Below, piece by piece: positions 31,178-41,390 of a DNA stretch of 64,000 nucleotides. The stretch comes from an uncultured Synergistota bacterium. Lineage in GTDB: Bacteria; Synergistota; JAGHAJ01. A program made the position numbers and the translations under genes. Where the stretch lies: positions 771 to 64,770 of the forward strand of contig CAZLJD010000025.1 of NCBI GenBank assembly GCA_964559865.1. Direction: 5' to 3'. How positions within the stretch are numbered: position 1 is the first letter of the stretch; each line of letters opens with the position of its first letter. Under the pieces are notes generated by a model that was given only the letters and a program-made list of their open reading frames with translations, did not search any database and had not been told where the DNA came from.

Positions 31178-31966
31178 ATGACCAAGGTAGGAGATATAGC
31201 AGGTTTCCTTGAGGGAATTTTTCCTCTTTCCTGTGAGGAAAAGTGGGATAACTCTGGCTTACAGCTGGGTTCCTTTGATGATGAGGTTTCCTCTGTACTT
31301 ATAGCGTTAGATGTTGATGTCCCAGTGGTAGAAGAAGCAGTAGATAAGAAGGCAAACCTCCTGCTAACTCATCACCCTTTGTTCTTCAAGCCATTAAAGA
31401 AACTGGATTACTCTTCTTATATGGGCAGACTTGTAAGGATGCTTGTCTCCAGTAAAATAAGTGTCTATTCTGTTCATACCAATTTTGATAATGCCTTTGG
31501 TGGGATGAATGATATCTTACTGGAGATGCTCTCTCTTTCGTCAGATGTCCCTTTAGTAAGACATCCAAACCCTGGGTGTGGAGGTGCAGGTAGAGTAGTT
31601 GAACTTCAAGTGCCATGGAAAGTGGCAGATGTTATAAGGAAAGTAAGGGAAAGTTGGGGTATTGATATGCTCTCCTATGTGGGTTCTCTCGATAGGAGTG
31701 TTAGAAAGTTTGCTGTGTGTGGGGGGAGTGGAGCAGATTTTATAGAGAATTGTGTTTCGTTGGAGGTGGAACTTTACATAACAGCTGATGTGAAGCATCA
31801 TGAGGCAGTATTTGCCCGCAGGAACGGTGTCGATCTTCTAATACTAAACCATTTTGAGATGGAAAACGCTTCTCTTGGTGGGTTGAGAAACTTACTTGCG
31901 TCAGAGTTTTCGGGTGTGGACTTTTATCTTTCTACTGTTTATACTAATCCTGTACAATCTTTGTGA
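31178..31966 (+). CDS. Nif3-like dinuclear metal center protein (YbgI family)
   Basis: WDNSGL, THHP, HTNFD, GGSG, TADVKHH, HFEME. Confidence 0.92.
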   Translation: MTKVGDIAGFLEGIFPLSCEEKWDNSGLQLGSFDDEVSSVLIALDVDVPVVEEAVDKKANLLLTHHPLFFKPLKKLDYSSYMGRLVRMLVSSKISVYSVHTNFDNAFGGMNDILLEMLSLSSDVPLVRHPNPGCGGAGRVVELQVPWKVADVIRKVRESWGIDMLSYVGSLDRSVRKFAVCGGSGADFIENCVSLEVELYITADVKHHEAVFARRNGVDLLILNHFEMENASLGGLRNLLASEFSGVDFYLSTVYTNPVQSL

Positions 31967-31975
31967 AGAAAGAGG

Positions 31976-32692
31976 TTGAGGAGTGTGGAGGTCGTAAAGA
32001 GGTTGTTTGAGCTTCAAACAGTGCAAAAAGAGATAGAGAAGTTAACTCACAAGATGCAGAGAATTGATTCTGAAGTGGAAGGTTACAGGCAGAGGTGGAC
32101 TGATGCCAAAAAGGGGCTTCAGGCTGAGGAGTCTTCACTCAAGAAGCTGAGAGAACAGTTGTTTAGTGAGGAGCTCGATCTGAAGGAGATAGAAGAGCAT
32201 ATAGGTGTGCTTAAGGAGAGGTTGTATTCTGGGAGGGGAAAAAGTAAGGAGCTGGCAGGTATGCAGAGAAAGGTGGAGAATCTCTCCAAAAAGAAGGACG
32301 AGAAGGAGACAATTGTGCTGGAATTGATGGATAAGTTATCTTCTGCGGAGGAAAGTTTTGCCAAACTCTCAAAAGATGTTCACTTGAGGATGGACTCTCT
32401 TATGCGTAATATAGAAGAGGCATTGCTGAAGCGCAAGGAGATAGAGCAGGAAATGGAGGGTCTTCATTTGAAGGAAAGAGACATAGAGGCTGAGATAGGG
32501 AGAGAATATCTCTATTTGTACAATGAACTTAGAAAGCTATTAAAGTATCCGGTAGCAGTGGTGAAGGATGGGGTTTGTACTGGGTGTTCCATCTCTTTGC
32601 CTTCAGATACTATAAAGAAGCTGAAAGAGAATAGGGATATCGTAAGGTGTGATAGTTGCGGCAGGATATTGATAATGGAAGGTGAAATATGA
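31976..32692 (+). CDS. Coiled-coil protein with C4 zinc ribbon (DUF164-like)
   Basis: Long coiled coil followed by CTGC...CDSCGRIL. Confidence 0.88.
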   Translation: MRSVEVVKRLFELQTVQKEIEKLTHKMQRIDSEVEGYRQRWTDAKKGLQAEESSLKKLREQLFSEELDLKEIEEHIGVLKERLYSGRGKSKELAGMQRKVENLSKKKDEKETIVLELMDKLSSAEESFAKLSKDVHLRMDSLMRNIEEALLKRKEIEQEMEGLHLKERDIEAEIGREYLYLYNELRKLLKYPVAVVKDGVCTGCSISLPSDTIKKLKENRDIVRCDSCGRILIMEGEI

Positions 32693-33108
32693 CTGTAGAC
32701 GTATTCACTGATGGTGCTTCTAAGGGTAATCCTGGAGACGCCTCTATAGGTGTTGTGTTGAGGTACAATGTTAATGGTGAGGTTCACATTGAGAAGATAG
32801 CCATGGTTATTGGTAGAACGACAAACAACATAGCAGAGTATACTGCACTTATAGTGGCATTACGGCGTATAGTGAAGCTTGGTGCAAGTATAGCGAATGT
32901 GTTTATGGATAGTGAGCTTGTTTACAGGCAGTTAATAGGCAGATACAAGGTAAGAAGTGAGAAGTTGATGCATTTTTACGATGAAGCGCAAAAGTTGATA
33001 AGACAGATACCCCAGGTTAACCTAAACCATGTTATGCGGAACCAGAATAAAGAGGCAGATGCGCTTGCAAACGAAGTTGTGGGACTCTACAAGGATTGTG
33101 TGAAGTAA
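32689..33108 (+). CDS. rnhA: Ribonuclease HI
   Basis: DGASKGNPG, TNNIAEY, DSELVYRQ, NKEADALAN. Confidence 0.92.
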   Translation: MTVDVFTDGASKGNPGDASIGVVLRYNVNGEVHIEKIAMVIGRTTNNIAEYTALIVALRRIVKLGASIANVFMDSELVYRQLIGRYKVRSEKLMHFYDEAQKLIRQIPQVNLNHVMRNQNKEADALANEVVGLYKDCVK

Positions 33109-35015
33109 AATATCACACGACTCAGAAATGCAAGGCTTATTGCTACTACTGTGGTGAGGAAAAATATAAATAGAGTTTTCCTCCATTTAAGTTCCTTCAG
33201 AAGCACTCCCATTGTTGATATGCAAGGCATATAGAAAACTACGAATATTGTGAATACGAATAATTGCTGGTGTGTTAGTAGATTTCCAATGTGTGTTGTT
33301 CCCAGAGCTTGCGAGAGCATAATCATGGATAGCTCTTTCCTAAATATGCCGAACACAAGTGTTACACCTACTTTTGAAGGTAGCCCCAAGATACCAGATG
33401 TTAACCACGAGAACGCAGTATTTATGTCATCTTCTAACCCCATTGCTTGGATAGTGCTCAGTATGATGCTACCTATGATTATTATGGGCCATGCGATTAT
33501 AATAAACTCCTTTATCCTTAGCCAGCTTTTGGACATGACAGATCGCCAAGAGGGTAGTTGGTATCTTGGTATCTCAAGTATGAGTCCGGGCGTGATTTCT
33601 GGGAGCATTATCGACATTATCTTTCCTATTATGGCGATGACTACTATATTTATTATGTATACAGACAGAGCTGCCCCTGCTCCTATGTAGTATCCGACCA
33701 TGGCAAATATTATAGTCATCCTTGCAGAACAGGGTACAAATGTTGCAAGCGTGCCAGCTATGAATCTGTCTCGGGGGGATTCCAGTATCCTTAGCGCCAT
33801 TATTGCAGGTACATTGCATCCGTATCCCAGAATGAATGGGATAATAGCTTTTCCGTGTAAACCTATTCTGTGCATGAATGTATCCATTAGGAAAGCTATC
33901 CTTGGTAGATAACCGATGTCCTCGAGCACTGAAAGTCCTATGAGAAATGGCACAAGGTATGGCAATACTATAGTTATACCACCTGCTATACCCTGAATAA
34001 CACCATTCAACAGGTGAAACAGCAAGGGGTGTATATCCTTTAGTGGTGTTAGTAAGTTTATCCACTGGTCAAATAGGGCAGATAAGGGTTCTTCCATACT
34101 GGAACCCACATAGAATATTGCGACAAAGAAGAGGTAGAGAACTACCGCCAGTATGGGATACCCGAGCCATCTGCTCATAACGATGTTGTCTATGCTTTCT
34201 CGTATGTCCCTTTGGGGTTTGCCTATCTTTACAACCCTTTCGAATATGTTCATACTGAGGGCATGCCTTTCGGAAAACACAACTATGTCAGAACTCCTAC
34301 CGTGGCTCTCTTTGAGCCTGTTTCTACAACTTTCAACTTTGTTTTCCAGTTCTGGTACCAATTGACTGACCTTTTGCGTGATGATAGGGTTACCTTCAAG
34401 TAGCTTGAGTAAGAGGAAGCGTTTTGGTATGTTTACTTTGGTATAAATAGCTTCAGGCAACTTTTTTGAGAGGGCTTGGACAACGCTTTCGACATCTTTA
34501 CTGAATAAAAGTTCGTTTGGTATCTGCCTTTTTTGTAAGGACTTGAGGGCTCTCGAAAACAGTTCTGTTATGCCTTTCCCCTTAGATGCCATTATGGGGA
34601 CTACATCTACACCTATTATGTCTTGGAGTTTTGAATAGTCTATGGACATACCCTTCCTTAGCGCTTCATCTACCATGTTTGCCGCTATTATCATGGGTTT
34701 TCGTAGTTCTGTTAGCTCTATTGTTAGTTCTAAGCTTCTGGACAATAGCGATGAGTCCATCACATTAATGATGATATCTACATCTTCGTACAATAGGTAT
34801 TTCATGGTTTCGAGTTCTGCCATGTCTGTGGTGCTCAAAGAGTAGCTACCAGGTAGATCTACTACGGTTATAGATTGTCCTTTAAACCAGAACTTACTTT
34901 TTGTGAACTCCACAGTAGTACCGGGGAAGTTTGAGGAAATTGACTTGTAGCCCGCAACTTGGTTGAATAAAGTACTTTTCCCACAGTTTGGTTGTCCCAC
35001 TAAGGCGATAACCAT
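33087..35015 (-). CDS. feoB: Ferrous iron transporter B
   Basis: GQPNCGKS, NFPGTTVE, DLPG, NMVD, PCSAR, gate domains. Confidence 0.96.
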   Translation of the reverse strand: MVIALVGQPNCGKSTLFNQVAGYKSISSNFPGTTVEFTKSKFWFKGQSITVVDLPGSYSLSTTDMAELETMKYLLYEDVDIIINVMDSSLLSRSLELTIELTELRKPMIIAANMVDEALRKGMSIDYSKLQDIIGVDVVPIMASKGKGITELFSRALKSLQKRQIPNELLFSKDVESVVQALSKKLPEAIYTKVNIPKRFLLLKLLEGNPIITQKVSQLVPELENKVESCRNRLKESHGRSSDIVVFSERHALSMNIFERVVKIGKPQRDIRESIDNIVMSRWLGYPILAVVLYLFFVAIFYVGSSMEEPLSALFDQWINLLTPLKDIHPLLFHLLNGVIQGIAGGITIVLPYLVPFLIGLSVLEDIGYLPRIAFLMDTFMHRIGLHGKAIIPFILGYGCNVPAIMALRILESPRDRFIAGTLATFVPCSARMTIIFAMVGYYIGAGAALSVYIINIVVIAIIGKIMSIMLPEITPGLILEIPRYQLPSWRSVMSKSWLRIKEFIIIAWPIIIIGSIILSTIQAMGLEDDINTAFSWLTSGILGLPSKVGVTLVFGIFRKELSMIMLSQALGTTHIGNLLTHQQLFVFTIFVVFYMPCISTMGVLLKELKWRKTLFIFFLTTVVAISLAFLSRVIFYFTQSL

Positions 35016-35017
35016 GA

Positions 35018-35245
35018 TTATCTTAAAATCCTTACGTCTATCTTTGCGGCTAAGCCCCTGCCTATTGCAACTTGGGAGCCCCCAACATTTACAAGAATGG
35101 GTCCCCCGAATGCTCCTCGCTTGACAATAGATAACCTTGCTCCTGGTAGGATACCCATGTTACTCAGTGCTGACCTTCTTCCATACCCACAGTAAATATC
35201 TTCTACAATTAGCTCTTTTCCTGTAGGGGCATCTAATAGTGTAAT
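35018..35245 (-). CDS. feoA: Ferrous iron transport protein A, 75 aa, apparent ATT start (not in ORF track)
   Basis: (M)TLLDAPTGKELIVEDIYCGYGRRSALSNMGILPGARLSIVKRGAFGGPILVNVGGSQVAIGRGLAAKIDVRILR*. RBS GAGGTG lies 7 nt upstream. Confidence 0.88.
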   Translation of the reverse strand: MTLLDAPTGKELIVEDIYCGYGRRSALSNMGILPGARLSIVKRGAFGGPILVNVGGSQVAIGRGLAAKIDVRILR

Positions 35246-35272
35246 ACCTTATCACCTCTTATTCTCTTATGG

Positions 35273-35301
35273 CCTAAATAAGGGGGGAAACTCCCCCCTT
35301 A
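35273..35301 (-). terminator. Hairpin between ferredoxin and feoA
   Basis: TAAGGGGGG-AGTTT-CCCCCCTTA followed by TTTAG on the minus strand. Confidence 0.7.
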
Positions 35302-35309
35302 TGACTTAC

Positions 35310-35495
<186 letters not shown>

Positions 35496-35532
35496 TCACC
35501 TCCTAAAGATATTCAGAAGTTCAAGCACCCAT

Positions 35533-35561
35533 ATTTTATCTGAAAAGTTACCTTTTGTCAA
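35533..35561 (-). promoter_or_regulatory. Sigma-70 promoter of ferredoxin(-feoAB)
   Basis: TTGACA-17 bp-TAAAAT on the minus strand. Confidence 0.8.
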
Positions 35562-35587
35562 ATAGAGAAATCGAAGCAGTAGTGAAA

Positions 35588-36241
35588 TTATTCCCTTGTC
35601 TTTGCAGCCTTTAATATTTCTACTATCTGCGTGTAGCCTTTTCTCTCCGCAATGAGTAAAGCTGTCATTCCTCTGTTATCTTTGATGTTTACATCTGCTT
35701 TGTATGTTAATAGTAGTTTCACTGCTTTGACATTTCCAAACCAGGCAGCTTCCATTAGTGCAGTCCTTCCTCTTTTGTTCTGAGCATTTACCTTTGCATT
35801 ATGTTCTAATAGCAGCTTCATTACCTTTGTGCCTTTGTGATCTGCTGCATACATTAAGGGTGTATGTCCATCGTTGCTGGCATAGTTTACCTCGGCACCG
35901 CACTTTAACAACAGCTGTACTATATTAGGATAGTTGTACCATGCCCCATATATAAGGGCAGTTTCTCCAAACAGGCTTTTTGCGTTTACCTTGGCTCCCT
36001 GCCCGATCAAGAGCTTTGCTATTTTTACCTCTCCAATTGAGGCTGCGTACATTAGTGCCGATTTTCCATTTTGATCTGTGCTGTTTGGATCTTCTCCTTT
36101 GCTTAATAGGAGCTTTACCTCATTGAGGTTTTTTGTCTTTACTGCTTTTATTAGGGGTGGAATGTTAGCTGCTGTTGTGTAAGGGGTTAAAATAGCAATC
36201 AACATGAGTGATATCGCAAATCTCTTGGCTATCTTAAGCAT
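35588..36241 (-). CDS. Exported ankyrin-repeat protein
   Basis: Signal peptide followed by about 5 repeats (GKSALMYAA, GETALIYGA, GHTPLMYAA, GRTALMEAA, GMTALLIA). Start moved to 36241 (RBS present; the promoter lies in the extension). Confidence 0.9.
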   Translation of the reverse strand: MLKIAKRFAISLMLIAILTPYTTAANIPPLIKAVKTKNLNEVKLLLSKGEDPNSTDQNGKSALMYAASIGEVKIAKLLIGQGAKVNAKSLFGETALIYGAWYNYPNIVQLLLKCGAEVNYASNDGHTPLMYAADHKGTKVMKLLLEHNAKVNAQNKRGRTALMEAAWFGNVKAVKLLLTYKADVNIKDNRGMTALLIAERKGYTQIVEILKAAKTRE

Positions 36242-36273
36242 AGTTACCTCCTTTTGCTTCTGTGTTGTTGGGC

Positions 36274-36302
36274 ATTTTATCACCTGTTTGAGGTTTTGTC
36301 AA
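36274..36302 (-). promoter_or_regulatory. Sigma-70 promoter of the ankyrin gene
   Basis: TTGACA-17 bp-TAAAAT on the minus strand. Confidence 0.75.
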
Positions 36303-36346
36303 ATTTCTCGTTGTGATATAATCCTTACTATAGGATACCGAGGGAG

Positions 36347-37492
36347 GTGTTAGGTTTGAATATAGCTGAATTTAAGGTGGAGAGATGGTTGAATACCTAT
36401 GAGAGTATGGCTAAATACGAGATGGCAGAAACGGACATCAAACCGTTTACGCTAAGAGAACTACTTGAACTTGGGGACTTTGAAGAACTGAAGGACGAGC
36501 TTTTCAACATGAGGCTCGGTTACAACAACCCTACTAAAGGGAGTGATAGATTACGAGAGCTTGTGGCTACTCTTTACGGTAATGGTACTACTGCAAATAA
36601 TGTCCTTATGACAACTGGTGCAATAGAGGCGGATTTTCTTGTGGCTAATGTGCTTGTTTCTCCTGGTGATAGCGTTGTTGTTCAGTTTCCCGCTTATCAG
36701 GCATTATACTCTACTGCTGAAGCACGGGGAGCAAATGTCAAGTATTGGAAGATGAAGTTTGAAGATGGTTTTGAACCCAAGATAGAGGAACTTGAAAATC
36801 TTATTGATGAAAGAACCAAACTCGTTGTATTAAACATACCGAACAATCCCACGGGGGCAGTTATCAGTGAAGAACAGCTCAGAACCGTACTTAAATGGGC
36901 AGAAGAGGGGGACTTTTATGTGTTGTGTGATGAGGTGTACCATGACCTAAAGCTGAGAGATGGCGTTGTACCTCCGTATGGGAGAAGCTTGAGCGAGAGA
37001 GCAATCAGCGTAGGTAGTATGTCGAAGGCGTATGGTCTTTCTGGGGTTAGGATAGGGTGGGTTGTTGCACCGGAGGAGCTGATAGAGAAAATGTGGTCGT
37101 GGAAGGACTATACTTCTATAAGTAATAGCCCTTTGAGTGATTTTTTGGCTACGGTAGCCTTGAGCAATAGGGAAAAGGTTCTGACGCGTAGCATGGAGAT
37201 AGCCCTTCGGAATCTGAATATCCTCATCGATTGGTTTGAGGAGAATAGCAGATTCTTTGATTATGTTGTGCCGAAGGCGGGAGTCTTGTGTTTTCCGAGA
37301 GTAAAGAATATACCTGTAAGTACAGAGGAGCTTTGTAGGGGTGTGTTTGAAGATAGAAGGTTGCTATTGGTTCCTGGAGAGGCTTTTGATATGAGTGGAC
37401 ACTTGAGGATAGGTTTTGGGGGAGACACCGAAAAGTTTAAGATGGCACTCGGTATTTTATCTGAGTATGTGAGAGAGAATTGGGGAAGGTGA
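36347..37492 (+). CDS. PLP-dependent aminotransferase class I/II
   Basis: NIPNNPTG, CDEVY, SMSKAYGLSGVRIGW. Confidence 0.9.
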   Translation: MLGLNIAEFKVERWLNTYESMAKYEMAETDIKPFTLRELLELGDFEELKDELFNMRLGYNNPTKGSDRLRELVATLYGNGTTANNVLMTTGAIEADFLVANVLVSPGDSVVVQFPAYQALYSTAEARGANVKYWKMKFEDGFEPKIEELENLIDERTKLVVLNIPNNPTGAVISEEQLRTVLKWAEEGDFYVLCDEVYHDLKLRDGVVPPYGRSLSERAISVGSMSKAYGLSGVRIGWVVAPEELIEKMWSWKDYTSISNSPLSDFLATVALSNREKVLTRSMEIALRNLNILIDWFEENSRFFDYVVPKAGVLCFPRVKNIPVSTEELCRGVFEDRRLLLVPGEAFDMSGHLRIGFGGDTEKFKMALGILSEYVRENWGR

Positions 37493-38481
37493 TAAAAGTG
37501 GATCGTAAGTTCCCTGACTTACATGATATTTATATGGCAAGGCAAAATGTTTATTCTGTGGCTAAGGTAACTCCCTTAGTTGAATCTCTGTGGCTCTCGG
37601 AGAGGATTGGTGCAGATGTTTTTCTCAAACTTGAGAATTTACAGGAAACGGGTTCTTTTAAAGTTAGAGGAGCTACTAACAGGCTTTTTAATCTTAGTGA
37701 AGAGGAGAGAACGAGAGGCGTTGTAGCTTCTTCCAGTGGAAATCACGGTCGTGCACTTGCTTTTGTATCAAAAAGGCTTGGCATTAAAGCTACAATATGC
37801 GTGTCTCGGCATGTTCCACAGTATAAGATTGATGCAATGAGGCGATTAGGTGCAGAGGTAGTTGTTGCTGGAGAGACGCAGGATGATGCAATGAATCATG
37901 TCTCTGTGTTGCAGAAGGAAAAGGGTATGGTTAGAGTGAGTCCCTTTGATGATCCTTATGTTATAGCAGGACAGGGTACCATAGGAATTGAGATTATGGA
38001 GCATCTTCCTGATGTGAGAGCTGTTGTTGTTCCTCTTTCTGGAGGGGGCTTGATAAGTGGTATAGCGCTTGCAGTTAAGAGTATAAATGATAGTGTGAAA
38101 GTAGTAGGGGTTTCAATGGAAAAGGGACCTGCTATGTACTATAGCTTAAAGGCGGGTAAACCTGTAGATGTGGAAGAAGAAGTCAGTATAGCAGATGGGC
38201 TATTAGGTGGTATAGGCCTTGATAATAAGTATACATTTGAAATGGTGAAGAGATATGTAGATGAGGTTATCCTCGTTTCGGAAGTAGAAATAGCCCAAGC
38301 AATGGCATTTGCCTTGGATAAACATCACCTCGTAGTGGAAGGGGCGGGTGCTGTGGGCATAGCAGCTGTGCTTTTTGGTAAACTTGGGGAGATAAGTGGA
38401 AAAGTTGCTGTGATTGTTAGTGGCGGTAATGTAGGTCTTTCGAGGCTTTTAGAGATATTCAGGAATTATGACATTTCGTAG
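37480..38481 (+). CDS. PLP-dependent threonine/serine dehydratase family protein, EutB-like
   Basis: TGSFKVRGA, SSGNHG, PLSGGGL, GGIGLDNKYTF. Confidence 0.85.
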   Translation: MGKVIKVDRKFPDLHDIYMARQNVYSVAKVTPLVESLWLSERIGADVFLKLENLQETGSFKVRGATNRLFNLSEEERTRGVVASSSGNHGRALAFVSKRLGIKATICVSRHVPQYKIDAMRRLGAEVVVAGETQDDAMNHVSVLQKEKGMVRVSPFDDPYVIAGQGTIGIEIMEHLPDVRAVVVPLSGGGLISGIALAVKSINDSVKVVGVSMEKGPAMYYSLKAGKPVDVEEEVSIADGLLGGIGLDNKYTFEMVKRYVDEVILVSEVEIAQAMAFALDKHHLVVEGAGAVGIAAVLFGKLGEISGKVAVIVSGGNVGLSRLLEIFRNYDIS

Positions 38482-38546
38482 ATGAAACAGGTTGCGGATT
38501 TTAAGATACAAAATTTGTTGTTTAATTATGAAAAGAGACAGAAATC

Positions 38547-38574
38547 TTGACAAAGGGTGTGTGTCCTGTATAAT
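38547..38574 (+). promoter_or_regulatory. Sigma-70 promoter of the ABC operon
   Basis: TTGACA-16 bp-TATAAT. Confidence 0.7.
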
Positions 38575-38613
38575 TATTATTGGTTCAATAAATACTAAGG
38601 GGGTGTTTGTTTT

Positions 38614-39642
38614 ATGAGGAAGAGGTGGACGGTATTTTTGGCGATGGCACTGATAGTCTTATTCAGTACGACGAGCTTTGCAGCAAAGACGCTTGTTGTG
38701 TATGTTACCTACGACGCAGCAGAGGCCAAGATAATCATTTCACAGTTTGAGAAGGATACGGGCATCCATGTGAAGTGGGTCAGGATGTCTTCTGGGACAA
38801 CGCTGAATAGGTTAAGAGCAGAAAAGAAGCATCCTCAAGCAGATGTCTGGACGGGTGGTCCTTCTGATTCTTATGTAACTGCGGCAGAGTATGGAGTTCT
38901 TGAGCCTTACATTCCTCCAAATGCCAAGAACATTCCGGCAAAGTACAGGGATCCTAAGGGGTATTGGAATGGTATCTACCTTGGTATAATAGGATTTGCC
39001 ACCAATAAGAACTACCTTGCGAAGATGAAGAAGAAAAACAAGTTCTTTGAGGCACCCACAAGCTGGATGGACCTTCTAAATCCGTTTTATGAGAACAACA
39101 TTCAGATGCCCAACCCGGGTTCCTCTGGTACAGCGTTGACGATAGTCTCTACACTGATTCAGATATTTGGATGGGACAGAGCGTTTGAGTACATGAAGAT
39201 GCTTGATAAGCAGATTCAGCTCTATACCGAACACGGTGCGACCGGAGGTACTGCTGCAGGACTGGGTCAGTGTGCAGTAGGGGTGATATTTGGTCAAGAT
39301 ATACTTCATAGGATATACGAGAAGCACTATCCTTTGATACTTACATTCCCGAAGGAAGGAACGGGTTACGAGATAGGTGGAACTGCACTCATAAAGGGTG
39401 CGAAGCATGTAAAGGAGGCTAAAACATTTATCAACTGGATGCTTTCGAAGAGGGCTCAGAACCTTTGGGCAAAGACAGGATTCTTCCACTTCCCTACTGC
39501 TATAGGAGCGACTCCACCAAAGGGCTGGCCTCCACTTAGCAAGATCCACCTTATAAACTACGATGCAAAGTGGACGGGTGAGAACAGGGACAAGATAGTA
39601 AACACATGGACGAAGGAGATATTAGAGAGGCGTAAAAAGTAG
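38614..39642 (+). CDS. ABC transporter substrate-binding protein (AfuA/FbpA/PotD-like)
   Basis: Signal peptide, PQADVWTGG, PNPGSSGT, TGYEIGG. Confidence 0.88.
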   Translation: MRKRWTVFLAMALIVLFSTTSFAAKTLVVYVTYDAAEAKIIISQFEKDTGIHVKWVRMSSGTTLNRLRAEKKHPQADVWTGGPSDSYVTAAEYGVLEPYIPPNAKNIPAKYRDPKGYWNGIYLGIIGFATNKNYLAKMKKKNKFFEAPTSWMDLLNPFYENNIQMPNPGSSGTALTIVSTLIQIFGWDRAFEYMKMLDKQIQLYTEHGATGGTAAGLGQCAVGVIFGQDILHRIYEKHYPLILTFPKEGTGYEIGGTALIKGAKHVKEAKTFINWMLSKRAQNLWAKTGFFHFPTAIGATPPKGWPPLSKIHLINYDAKWTGENRDKIVNTWTKEILERRKK

Positions 39643-39661
39643 AATTTAGTGTTAGAAGCTG

Positions 39662-39697
39662 ACATGGGGGGCAGTATCCTTGCCCTCCATGTTCTTT
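39662..39697 (+). terminator. Intercistronic stem-loop after the binding-protein gene
   Basis: ACATGGGGGGCA-GTATCCT-TGCCCTCCATGT followed by TCTTT. Confidence 0.6.
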
Positions 39698-39716
39698 ATG
39701 GGTAGGAGGGAATGTA

Positions 39717-41378
39717 GTGGATGCAGATGTAAAGAAACGGGATGTCTTGTTCAGTGTAGCTGTATGGTTGATAATTGTATCCATTTTGCTTTTTGTTGTC
39801 TATCCTTTAGCTTATATATTTGTGGAGGTTTTCTTTCCCGAAGGTGTACCTACGTTAAAGCTCTTTAGTGAGATACTACAAAGGCACTACTTTGTGCAAG
39901 GATTTATAAATAGTGTAAAAGTTGCTACTGTGGTAGCTTCTCTTTCGGTAGCTATTGGCTACCTATTTGGATACACGGTTACGAGGGTCGATATATCGAG
40001 GAGAAAAAGGAAAGTATTTGATATCTTAGCAACTCTGCCTATCCTCTCTCCACCGTTTTTGCTTGCACTTTCTGCTGTTTTGCTGCTTGGATACAACGGA
40101 TTGATAACGAAGGGATTGCTGGGTATAACCAATTTCTCTATATACGGTTTTAAGGGTCTTGTGATAGTTGAGACTATAGGACTGTTTCCTATAGCGTACC
40201 TCACGATAAAGGGGACGCTGCAGTCGATAGACCCTTCAATAGAAGATGCGGCTTCGAACCTGGGGGCTACAAGGTGGTATGTGTTCAGGAAAGTTACATT
40301 CCCACTTTCTTTAGCGGGTGTTGCAAATGCCTTTCTTTTGACCTTTTCTTTATCGATGGCAGACTTTGGAAATCCTATGTTACTTGCGGGTAGCAGATTT
40401 CCTGTGCTTTCAGTTCAGGCGTATCTACAGATTACAGCTCAGTTTCACATAGATAAAGGTGCAGCAGTGGCACTGCTGTTATTGCTGCCTGCGCTTGTGA
40501 TATTCTTTATTCAGCAGAAGATAATTCATTCAAGGTCTTATGTTACTGTTACGGGGAAACCTTCTTCTTTGCATCCTCAACCTCACTCGAGACTTGCGAA
40601 GGGGATTTTGGTAACTTTATGCGTAGTTGTATTGGGAATAGTTGCTGTCTTTTATGCTACAGTATTGTGGGGTGCATTCACAGACATATGGATGATAAAC
40701 CATGTATTTACCTTGAGGCATTTTATCTACGTGTGGCAAGCGGGAAAGGAATATCTCTTCGATACTCTCATACTTGCAGGTATAGCTACACCCATTTCTG
40801 GTGTTATAGGGATATTTATAGCATTTTTGATTATAAGAACTAAATTGCGTGCTAATAAGTTCATAGAGATGTCCACAATGCTGAATTTCTTTCTACCTGG
40901 TACGGTTGTGGGTATAGGCTATATGCTTGCCTTTAATCAGTATCCTTTCTTACTTAGTGGCACGGCTTATATAATCATATTTAACTTTATTTTCCGATAC
41001 ATCCCTGTAGGGATAAGAAGTGGTATCTCTATATTGCTACAGATAGACCCTTCTATCGAGGAGGCGTCTATGAATTTAGGGGCTAATAGGATGCAGACAT
41101 TTAGAAAGATCACAATGCCTCTAATCTCACCAGCGTTCTTTTCTGGTTTGGTTTACACATTTGAGAGGTCTCTAACTGCAATAAGTGCTATCGTCTTTCT
41201 TGTTTCTCCCAGTTGGTATATATTCACAGTATTTATATTGGATGAACTATCTATAGGCAGGATAGAAAATGCCTCTGCAGCAGTAGTCATTCTGTTTGTT
41301 ATAATATCTGCATTTATCTGGTTGGCAAAGTTTGTTACTCGCACGATGGGTGAGATTCCTACCGAAATATCTGCATAA
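39717..41378 (+). CDS. ABC permease with two fused modules (AfuB/FbpB-like)
   Basis: Two EAA loops (SIEDAASNLGA, SIEEASMNLGA), DFGNP. Confidence 0.9.
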   Translation: MDADVKKRDVLFSVAVWLIIVSILLFVVYPLAYIFVEVFFPEGVPTLKLFSEILQRHYFVQGFINSVKVATVVASLSVAIGYLFGYTVTRVDISRRKRKVFDILATLPILSPPFLLALSAVLLLGYNGLITKGLLGITNFSIYGFKGLVIVETIGLFPIAYLTIKGTLQSIDPSIEDAASNLGATRWYVFRKVTFPLSLAGVANAFLLTFSLSMADFGNPMLLAGSRFPVLSVQAYLQITAQFHIDKGAAVALLLLLPALVIFFIQQKIIHSRSYVTVTGKPSSLHPQPHSRLAKGILVTLCVVVLGIVAVFYATVLWGAFTDIWMINHVFTLRHFIYVWQAGKEYLFDTLILAGIATPISGVIGIFIAFLIIRTKLRANKFIEMSTMLNFFLPGTVVGIGYMLAFNQYPFLLSGTAYIIIFNFIFRYIPVGIRSGISILLQIDPSIEEASMNLGANRMQTFRKITMPLISPAFFSGLVYTFERSLTAISAIVFLVSPSWYIFTVFILDELSIGRIENASAAVVILFVIISAFIWLAKFVTRTMGEIPTEISA

Positions 41379-41390
41379 GGGTGGTATGAG

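Noticed and set aside
31079-31200. tRNA as an integration site for an island
   Set aside because: No integrase and no duplicated tRNA 3' end seen; the downstream genes are housekeeping.
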